DNA from: Spizellomyces punctatus DAOM BR117
Lineage: Eukaryota
Assembly: GCA_000182565.2 (NCBI GenBank)
Contig: KQ257463.1
Direction: 5' to 3' (one strand)
Length of the DNA stretch: 64,000 bases
Position 1 is the stretch's first letter. Every line of letters starts with the position of its first letter. This document shows positions 36,917 to 47,147 of this stretch, in pieces. Both the position numbers and the translations under genes were made by a program. The notes beneath the pieces are model-generated. The model was not told where the DNA came from and searched no databases. It was given only the letters and a program-made list of their open reading frames with translations.

Positions 36917-39900
36917 TCAAGTCTGTTGCTGTAACGACAAACTCCTCAGCATCTCCAACATTTTGAGCTGCTTGGCAAGGCGTTCGTTCGTCTATGTGGG
37001 CAAACACCATGTTCATCAGAAAAACTGTCTCCATACACGTGAAGTGCTCATACATACCTTTGGCTTGTCCGGACCTGTTTCCCTCACCACATCTGTGCGT
37101 TGACCTTGCACAAGGTGATTCAAATTCTTACTCACAACCGCCCTTCGCTTCAACTCGGAGAGATCACCGCGACCGCCTCTTAGCTCCAAAGGATCTCGCT
37201 TGGGTGTGAAGGGCATGGCCATTTGTGTTCGAGGGCTTCCTGTACCAGGATTGGGAAGGGGGGATTTGGGAAGTGGTGCAATCGGTTCCACATTTTTGGA
37301 TACTTCCTTTTGCTCATGTTGCTCCGTCTGCGTTTCAGATACGGATTGCCAGCCCTCTGAAATGTCTTCCACATCTTCGTGCTTGACATTGGCTTGCTGC
37401 TCGTCTGCATCCTTTTGCTCGGTTTCGTCTCTCTCTTCATTCGTGTCTTGCTCGGGCCCGTTATCTGGAAACGGATGTGGAGGGCCGGTGGTTCTTGGGA
37501 ATGCAGAGGGAGAGAATGTCGGATCTACAATGCTTTGATTTAGAAAATGTTCAGCCTCTAAATGCTCCAATGTTACCCACCTTCAAAGTTATTAAAACTC
37601 CGCAGGTCTTGAAGTAGTCGTAAATGACGTTGTGTGCGCAGTAAAGAGTATGATACAGCAGGCGGCTAAGAAGATGTGAGTATGATATTGATACGCATAG
37701 TCAACGCAGATAGCCTTACCCGAACCAGAAAAGGGCTATCTTCATCCCTTGAGACATGGTCGGAATCCAAACTCGTATCGGAACCCTGAATTACAGAGAC
37801 GTCCAAACTCTCGTCCACACGCGCAAAGGACTGGAACAGCAGTGTGGTATTAATAAAGCGGATCATGTGCACATTGAGCGTTGATCTCGCATCACAACTA
37901 TCGCCAGCAATAACTACCTGGTCCATGGTGGTACTGCCTTCCTTTGCACTCTCTACCGGTAGACTCAACTTTAAACCACTCGAAGCATTATCATCATCAT
38001 CCACGGAAACGTCTTTGCCTGTCCGCAGAGGAGAGCTGCTGTGTGAGGCCAACGGAGACGAAATAGCAATAGGACTCGAGTGGCGGCTCGAGAGCGGTGA
38101 CTTTAAATGGGACTTTTTGATATCTTTCATAACCTTCGCAGGTGATTTGTGATCGAGTGATCGTGAGGATAAATCCGTTCTGATGCGACCAACTTCATTC
38201 AATGCCTGACGGATTCTTTCGTCCGAAACTCCAAAACTGGATGGAAATGACTTGAATATTTTGCCCTATGCGCAAAAGCCCCGGTAGTGCCAAATATCTC
38301 ACCTTGCCCGGCACTGACCAAGGTCAGGCATTACAATCAGAGACTCTGGCAGCTCGTCGCTATCAGTCTTGTCCCATTCCAGATAAAGGTTAAGATAGTG
38401 CTTTGCGTCATCAAGCACGACGATATTGTGTTTTGACATCTCAGAATACAGGAACCCCATCGTTCCATAAAGTTGCCGTGGTGTCTGTCGCTCTTCCGCT
38501 GACGTGGAAGCTTTGCATCGAATCGCACCACGAATCTCCAAGATAGCTTGATAGTAATCGTCTTCGTCCAATCTTTCGCCAAAGAGGTAGTGACCAGCGT
38601 ACATTTGCTGAAGAAACCGGACTGCAGGTCAGCTCGGGTCACTGTAGAGTCGTGCGATAACGAGCTGTTACCTTGCCATGCATAACAAGAGCTGTACGCC
38701 AAAACTTTTCCTGCTCTCTCGTTGGTTTCCACATATCCAGAGTGGAGAGGAATGTTACCTCGTCTACAGAGCTGGCATTCAAAACACTACAGCACCACAT
38801 ATGTCTTTGGATCAATAGCATCATGATGAAGGCCTCCATGTCGGCAACGGTAGGCCGATGCCTAAAGACAGCTTTCAGCCCTTTTCGTGGTGAGCGCGTC
38901 TAACGACAATATGCATTAGTATGTGCACCTATCGGGACGCAACAAATCAAAAAAAAGCACCTGTGGGGATTCAGGAAGTCGTGGAAACACCTCTCTAAGA
39001 ATTTCTCGAAGGCGACAATTTCGAATGTGCCACGCCGATACGTTCGCGAACCTGAAAGCATATTGTGAGTTTGTATCGACTGAGTCGACGCCGCCATGAC
39101 TAAAGGATATTTCTGTACCTGCCCAGATCCGCGGCCTCAGAATCTAGCGCCGTCATATCCACCTCATGCAGGTTTTCACTCAGCCACTTGAGAAGTGAAA
39201 ATAACTGACCCGTTCGCTCCGTGGGAAAATCGACAAGAGAAAAATGCGGTAAAATGTTTGATTCTTTTCGTCGAGACCCAATGCGTAGATGATTTTCAGC
39301 ATCTGCTTCAATATCTGTTGACGGTTGCGAATATGTGCCGAGAGTCCATGCTGGTGTGAAGCAGTAAAGGGATGCCAACAGGTTGTGCGCAGCCAGGCTC
39401 AGCCGTGATGCCGCTGTTTTGGTCCAATATGATTTCTTTTCCAGATACTCTGTCCGATCTGTATGACGCACAAAAGTCTCAGCGATCAGGAAGAGAAGGT
39501 ACAGGAGGAACGCTCAAGTAAGTTCTTACAAGAAATACAAAGTCGCCATTGACGGACCGCTGCCTGCAGCTGGGGCCGAACCCGCCTGAGATCCGATGCC
39601 TGTTGAACGCTCGTTTTCAAGGACCGGAAGTGACTTAAACCACGAAGCAGTGTGGCATGGGATGCATATTCTTCGCGGATCCGATACCAAAACTTTGGCC
39701 CTGGCTTATCACCGAAAGGCAGTAGACTCTCCAGGCGTTTGATCGACTTGTCAAACTCGTTCAGCAGCTCAACGCATTTTTCCTCGGTTACCTCTGGGCT
39801 GTAAGATACATGGTTACGTTGACTACAAGTCTTTTGCCAAATTCATGAAACATACTCTTTCAAGGCCATTCGAATGTAGTGCGCATACAACCAGAGCTTG

Positions 39901-41051
39901 ACCTCCATTGTCAGGATAGGGATTCGTCCGAACATCATCTCAAACTCGCTAGAATGGTTCAATGCGAATAACAGCCAATCCGCTGAGCTCCGTAAGCCAT
40001 CTCGTGCACGTATGAAGTATTGGGCAACGCTAGTGGGCGAAGTGAGTTACGATTATGCTGAAGCAGCTGCATTCTGGCTAATATGACAACATACGCTTGT
40101 CTTTGGTTGCTGCGTACAAGTGCCTTCAATAATGCAACGTGTAAGGCAGGTCGGCCGCGAGTTTCGTTGAGACTGGCGACCGCCAGAAAATCTTGACGAA
40201 GACTTTCCTGACTCAAGATATTAGGACCTGCAGATGGTGCGTTCAGCAATAGCCAATATGATTCCACGAGAGATCAAGCTCACATGAGTCCGCAACGAGT
40301 CCATAGGTCCGGTCCAGCAAAGGTAGAGCTTCGAACGAAATCCGTCCACTTTCTTCCAATCGCGATCTAACAATGACGAGTAAGATTTACATTCCCCAGT
40401 CTATATTAAGGGCTCTATGTACGCACTCTTTAAGGCAATGGAATGCTCTCTTCAGATGAAGCACACGTGAGGCTTGATCATCACAGGTGTCCTCTGAACG
40501 GGTTTTCGGGTCTGGGTCAATTATGTCTAGACGAAGTCTTGCCACTGCAGGAATACTGTAAATTACGGCGGATTAACTTCGACAAATGCGCATCATGCTA
40601 CCTTTCAGAAGCAGACCCTTCTCGTGTGTCCGTAGTTTATATGCCTTCTCGTAGAAATCAACTGCTGAACGAAACTTGGCAAGGTGTTCGTATGTACTGC
40701 GCGTGATTTGCATAATATCAGATCGGACGATATCTTTGAAATCTGGTCCACATCAAATCAACAGGTACCTTGCGAGCGTTTGGGTTGCCTCAAAGTCATC
40801 TGCGCAATGTGCAAGATGCTCTGCAAGTGCCTTCTCCGCCTTTTCCCATTTTTTGAATCTATAATACGCTAGCCCCGTGGTTCTCTTGGTGTGATTCGTC
40901 TGAGACTGGATAGTCAGCCGGGTATGAACTGTTATAAGCTGACAAATTCACATACTGCTGGTTCCGAAGGTGAACTGGGCGAGGCTGCAAACTTGTCCAC
41001 CTCTTCCACCGACGCAAATCGCGGGGGGTAACGAGACGGAGAAGAAAACAT
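36917..41051 (-). CDS. Nup358/RanBP2 N-terminal solenoid homologue (multi-exon, roughly 1000 aa, Ser/acidic C-terminal tail)
   Basis: Hand-spliced through canonical GT..AG introns from ATG 41051 (MFSSPSRYPPRFASVEEVDKFAAS). Collinear motifs resemble the RanBP2 N-terminus as I recall it: GLAYYRFKKWEKA, YEHLAKFRSAVDFYEKAYKL..EKGLLLK, AVAQYFIRARDGLRSSADW, ELLNEFDKSI, RLSLAAHNLL, DMEAFIM, TREQEKFW. Confidence 0.75.
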
Positions 41052-42292
41052 CCGCAGTGCTCTTGTGGGGGTATCTAGGTTCTTGCAGGATGAACCGCTG
41101 CTAGGAAGGGTTTTGCTGGCGCTATCCAATGTTCAGCGAGATCTGCAGGTTTTGGGCTGTTCCAGCTGATGTATGATAGGTGGCTTGCATGTTGATTTTC
41201 AAGTCACGTGGTGAATGTCCGGATATCAGCCGTGCAGATCTTGTCCAATTGACCATCATCATGCCAGCGGACCTTCATAGCTTTTGGATACGGTTTTGGG
41301 GACCTACTATGGTCCTTGGATATTGGCACTATCGCATAAAAGTGATTTCTTTGGGGTTTACGCTCTGTGTGTATTCCATTTGGCATAATGAGTTGCCTGG
41401 AATAATCGAGGACGGCAACAAACAGACACCAAAATCGAATTCCAAGCAACAGCACCTGATTCTCGACTTGTGAAACAAATGCAAAGTAATTGCTCCCGGG
41501 CTCTCCCTCCATCCGAAGCCTTCATTGGGATCCCAAAGAGTGTAACTGCTCCCATTTCACGCAGCCATCACAATCCATCATTAGACTTCGTTCTATATAC
41601 TGACACTTTTGTGCTTCGAAAGCTGTGTCCAGCTGCGTATCCCGGGCATTCGAGGTGAAAGGGAGCAGTCCGCCTATCAGAATGCTCCTATGTGCTACAT
41701 TTCAGGAGCATCCAAGGCGAAGAAACCCTTCCTAGATTGATGGCATCGCCTCAAAACACGCTTGGAATCTGCTGCCCTTACCACTAATTCATCTGGGCTG
41801 ATTGACCTGACGCAAACATACAAGTATCTGGGTAGCATCTTTTAACGTACAGGTTACGTCCTGATTGCTCATGAAATCCCCTACAAGCACGTCATTTGCG
41901 TTTGCTATCTTGACTTTAATCACCTTATCGCAATGATACACTTGATGCTGTCCATCGACGTAACTTAAGCAGAATTCCTTCACATGGAGGTACATTTCAC
42001 CTTGCTTCCCATGCAGATTAGCACTGATTCTGCATAAGGCTGACGCTGGTTGATAGAATGGGCGCTGTCGTATCCAGCACTCAGCCTTGGTTTCATCGAT
42101 ATCCACGTGATATGTCCACCAAAATCCGTGGCGCGTCGGTCGGCGTTGGCCGCTTTTTGCCCTTTCCTTACCGCTGGATTACATAATGTTCAAGATCCCG
42201 GGGCGAACAAAACCCGGGGTAGTGCTGCTGGTGCATTCGAATTTCGCACCTCGTCCCTCCGTAGATTTGATTGAACACTGAACATTGTCATC

Positions 42293-44058
42293 ATGCACAC
42301 CTCGTACCTATTGGCTGCATCCGCTGTTCTTGGCTTGGGAGCCATTCAAGTGGTCTCGGCGCAAGAAGGAACCACACCCACTGGCGGAAACCAGCCTTTG
42401 GCTACGTACAGCTGTGATGTCAATACTTGCAAGCCGCCTCTTTGCTTTTGCGCGTCCACCAAACCTCCACAGGGACTGGACCCGAAAAAGATTCCGCAAT
42501 TCGTTACTTTGAGTGAGTTGCATTTGGCGATCTATATTTGACATTTTCTCTCGAGCTAAGCCTTGTCCTGTAGCATTCGACGATGCAATCAATGCACCTG
42601 TTCTGCCAGTTATCATGAATCTGACCTCGGGCTTTAAGCCAAATCCGAACGGCTGTCCTCACTCGTCCACTTTCTTTGTGTCAAACCAGTTTTCCGACTA
42701 CTGGTTCGTGCAGAAAATCTACTCTCTCGGGCATGAAATTGCCGTTCACACGGTGAATCACATTGGTGAGTAGTGCGTCAGAGTGTGTATGGTAATGGAC
42801 TATTTCTCAAATGGTACAATCTCTACAGGTAACCCACCTGTTGAGGAGATCAGGGCGTCACAACAAGCGCTCAATGCTTTTGCTGGTATCCCTCTACACA
42901 AACTCGTTGGTTTCCGGCATCCATTCTTGAACTACAGCGGCCAGTCGTTCCAAAGTCTCGCGGTAAATTGGCTTTTGTTTTGTAAGACTGACGTCAAGTG
43001 CTCAAAGAAGCGTTATCCCTCTATGTAGAGCCTGGGAACCTTTTTGTACGATTCCTCAATGCCCCACGATGCCAGCAAGGCACCGTTCTGGCCGTACACC
43101 TTAGATAACGGACCTGCTGCCAACTGTGTTTCCGGAACGTGTGACGGAGCCTTTAAATTTCCAGGTCTGTGGGAGGTTCCCCTCTACACCCTCATGAATG
43201 CGGACGGCACAGAAAACACGCCGATGGACCCGAATGCTGTTCCTGGAGGAACTCCTGGTTTACCTACTGCGCAAGAGATTGTAGGCCTGCTAAAGCAGAA
43301 CTTCTTGAGTCACTACAATGGTGACCGCGTTCCTTTCGGCATGTACATCCATGCTGCGACTCAACTGAGTCAACCGCAGCGATTGGGTGCTTTCATCGAG
43401 TTCATTCAATGGGTCAAAAACACCTATCCGGATGACGTGTACTTTGTAAACAACCAGCAGTTGCTGTCGTGGATGTTGAATCCCACCGATATCGCAACGT
43501 CCAAGAACAGCCCGACTCTTGGTTGTAATCTTCCCGCACAATCACCATCCTCCCCAGAAGTGTGCGATGGTCTGGATAATAAAGGCAACGGCCAGGTAGC
43601 TAGAAAGTGTCTGCGTCAGCTCGTTATATCACGGCTCACAGGTCTCATGTTAGGTCGACGCCGGGCTTGTCGAGAACTGCGCTTTTCCTCCCAACACATA
43701 CTTTTCAACCTGCTTCGGTTGCCCCACCAAGATCCCAAACATCACTGAAGCAGTTCCACCACGTACTCAAAATCGTGCGTTCATTCCAAACGATGGTTGT
43801 CCTAATGGTGGGGTTTGGGACCCCACGGGGGCCAAGTGTGTTGAAGTCACCCGGACTGGCTCTGCACCCACACCGGCTGCCAACCTTCCTACCCCAGCTG
43901 GTCCCGGTAAATTCACGCCGGGCACTCCGCCGGTTATCCCTCCCCCATCCAGCCCTGGTAAGAGTGGATCTTCCAAAAACGAAGGTTCCAAGCTTGACGG
44001 GGGCATTATTACGTTAATTGCTGCCATAGCTGGCGGTCTCTTTGCTTTAGTGATATAA
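42293..44058 (+). CDS. Secreted, GPI-anchored CE4 polysaccharide (chitin) deacetylase of the insect-CDA-like subgroup
   Basis: Signal peptide; CKPPLCFCAS, PQFVTL|.FDDAIN, NPNGCP..TFFVS, GHEIAVHTVNH, GFRHPFL, YDSS, FWPYTLDNG, PGLWEVP, HYNGDRVPFGMYIH, DVYFV..QLL.WM.NP; Pro-rich linker and hydrophobic tail; five exons. Confidence 0.9.
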
Positions 44059-44127
44059 ACGAGTAGTTAACTGTTATCTATATTATACAAATATGTACAT
44101 ATTTTGCTTAGAATGAAGCTAATAAAT

Positions 44128-44773
44128 CTAAGATTGATGTGGAGGTGTGTTTCCACTGTCAGATTCCCCGGCTTTCGTGGTCTCCTTGCTTTCCTCTCCA
44201 CCATTTCCATTTTGCGCCCCTTCCTCTACAGACGCCTTTTCATCACCGGTTTTTGGCTTTTTTGACTGCTTCTCTGTTTTATTTTGTCCCTTTTTTCGCT
44301 TTTGCCTTTTTTCTCTCTTCTTTGCGGTCTTCTCCGCCTCCAATTTCTTGATCGCCTCAAGTTTCTCATGAAATTCCCGCTGTTCTTGCTCCTATGTGTC
44401 ATAAAGATACTGAGCCTTCTTCCTTCTCCCTATCATCGTATATTCTCCAAACACACACCTCCTTTGCCTTTTCATCCAAAATCTTTTGTCTCGCATATTC
44501 CTTCCGTCTTAAAGCACGATACACATGAAACTCTCCACTTCCAGCTCCCGCACTCGACCCTTGTACATTTCGAACAAAATCAGGTGGTGGTTTCATGGTC
44601 TTTTCCTTTCGTTCTGGTAAGGCTATTGGTTTGTCGACACGGGTCATCAGCCGTTCGATACGGGCGGCTTGAGCCTCCAGAGCGTTTCTTGGTCTATGGC
44701 GGAAGGATTCTTCATCCTCATCGCTAGATGCTGGCTGCGGCGTGGATTTCTTTGGACTGGACGAGTGAGACAT
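44128..44773 (-). CDS. PRKRIP1 / DUF1168 spliceosome-associated protein
   Basis: [47 protein letters not shown]; one intron. Confidence 0.92.
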
Positions 44774-45103
44774 GGGGACGTGGGCTGTAGAGAGATATCG
44801 GTGGAAGGTTTGAGAGATCGCTGGTGGTCGCAGCAGCGCTGACCTGATCTATTGCCATGACATTCACGTGGTCTCGGCTTACGTTGACCTGGTTGCCGCT
44901 TTCCAAACGTCTTAACGCTACTCCGCTTTGGCTCAGCCCTTGTTTAGGTTGCAGCATCGACTATTGTGTCCTATAGCTTGGTGATTTGGCTATTTATCCG
45001 CCAGCAGCTTCAACTCGCAATTCGTCAAGAGGCCAGAACGTGAGGTCATTAGACGATCGCCACATTTTCTCTTCCTTTGCGTTACTGGAGATTCCTGTGA
45101 CAC

Positions 45104-46780
45104 ATGTCGGACGACCGTCCAAAGAGCAAGAGGCCAGCAAGTGCGTTCTGCGTCTTTGTCAATCTAGTGTGCTGTCGTCTGATTTACTCAATTGTTGACG
45201 CCTTTAGACACTGCTTTTAAGCAGCAGCGGCTGAAAGCATGGCAGCCCATACTGACGCCAAAGACGGTACTTCCTGCGTTCTTTATTGTTGGTCTAATTT
45301 TCGTGCCTCTCGGTATCGGTCTCTATATTGCGTCAGAAAAGGTGTGTGATTGATATTCTGCCAAGAACCTTACTTTGGTCGTAGGAATATGTGGAATCCT
45401 GATTCGCCAACCAACCACTTGTGCATTTTGCCGAAACCCTTTAGGTTAACGAAGTCATGTTCGATTACACGGAATGCAAGGCACAAACTCCCTCCGCAAC
45501 ATTCAGCCGTACCCCTGGCCGTGCGCCCATTGAAGAGTGGAGATGGGATGGACAAACTTGCTTTATCCACTTCCGAATCAGCGAAATTCTGGTTCCACCT
45601 GTCTTTCTATATTATCGATTGACCAACTTTTATCAGAACCATCGACGCTATGTGAAGTCCTTTGATGCGAATCAGTTGAAGGGGGATCAGATCGGCGTGC
45701 AGAATCTCGATAAACAGCTGACGAACTGCGACCCCCTCCGAGAAGCTGCCAAAGTATACGCTGCTAATCTGACCGTTATTGTCAACGGTGGACCACAGGA
45801 GATAAAGAAAGATGCGCAGGTGTATCCCTGTGGGCTCATTGCGAATTCCATGTTTTCTGGTTGGTAATCAGATGCGGCTAACAAACCTGCCACCGCTCTA
45901 TACTAAGGTTCTCCTTCATTGTCAGACGAAATATCAACAAATCTCTCCTGTATCAAATCGGATTTTACTGGGTTTCCGGACGGGCAAACATGCGCCAACG
46001 TGAAGTACGCATTCAGTGAAAGCGGAATCGCGTGGCCTAGCGATAAAGAAAAGTACGGTGTAACACAATGGAAGGACAGGGCCGATGATGTCACCATAGC
46101 GACAACGCTGGTTCCGCCTCCATTGTGGCGGGAGGCCTTTCCCCAGTGGAAGGACGGATATAACTTTTCCAACCTCCCGAATCTGCACGAGTGGGAGCGT
46201 TTTCAAGTTTGGATGCGAACGGCTGCGCTGCCCACCTTCCGTAAACTATACGCAAGGACCACAGGCGGTGGCAGTGCCCTTCCACCAGGTCTATGGGAAA
46301 TTTCTATTCGGGATAGTGAGTATTTAGTCAATATTCCGGCACTCTGTTCGCGGATGTTAATTGCGATTTTCCTCCAGCTTTCGATGTTGCAAAATTCAGC
46401 GGCACAAAATCTATTGTCATTTCAACCGTGTCCATTCTGGGCGGAAAGAACCCATTCCTTGGAGCAGCATACATGGCTGTTGGAGTCATTTGCTGGGTGC
46501 TGGGCATCGTTTTCCTGATTCGCCACATGATCAAGCCCAGGTAAGTTTCTATGGTTTATGTTATCCTCGCTGATCTGATGTTAACTTATCTTTCATCAGG
46601 AAACTCGGTGACCACACGTACCTCTCATGGAATCAGCCTCAACAAAATCAGGCTAGGGCACCAGGCGTCCCAGAAGTGGTAAGTCCATTTCATGAGTAAT
46701 GATCACCGTGTCGTCCCTCGGATTCCCATTCATTTGTATTTTAGGGAGGAGAACGCTCATCCTTGATTGGTGGACGATGA
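45104..46780 (+). CDS. Cdc50/Lem3 flippase beta subunit
   Basis: [98 protein letters not shown]. Stop is at 46699 or, with a terminal intron, at 46780. Confidence 0.93.
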
Positions 46781-47147
46781 ACATCCAAGTGCGAGGGATT
46801 TACTTCTTAGTGTACCATAAATTGCGTTGATGTATCGTGTTTCTGGGGGGATCTCATAGTAGAACGTCGTCAATCTGGCCAAAATAGGTTATGCATTAAA
46901 TACACAGCCACTGACGGTCTTGATTGCGTGAGCCATTTGGCGCTCCTTCCCACATTTTCACACCATCTCATCTAGAGCTCCACTTGCACACCCAAAGGCC
47001 ATTTGTTACAGCGAACCCGGCGAAACACAGCATATCATAGGTCTTCATAATTAGGCTGATCGTGCAGAACTTGGGTTGAGCCTTTGCATTGTGCATGCGT
47101 GTGTCATTCCTTGAAGAGCGTTTCCCACTGCATAACATCAATGTACA

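Noticed and set aside
41130-42200. ORFs of about 100 aa between the Nup358-like and deacetylase genes
   Set aside because: I could not join them into a coherent spliced protein and see no family motif; treated as a divergent promoter region, though a fast-evolving gene is not excluded.
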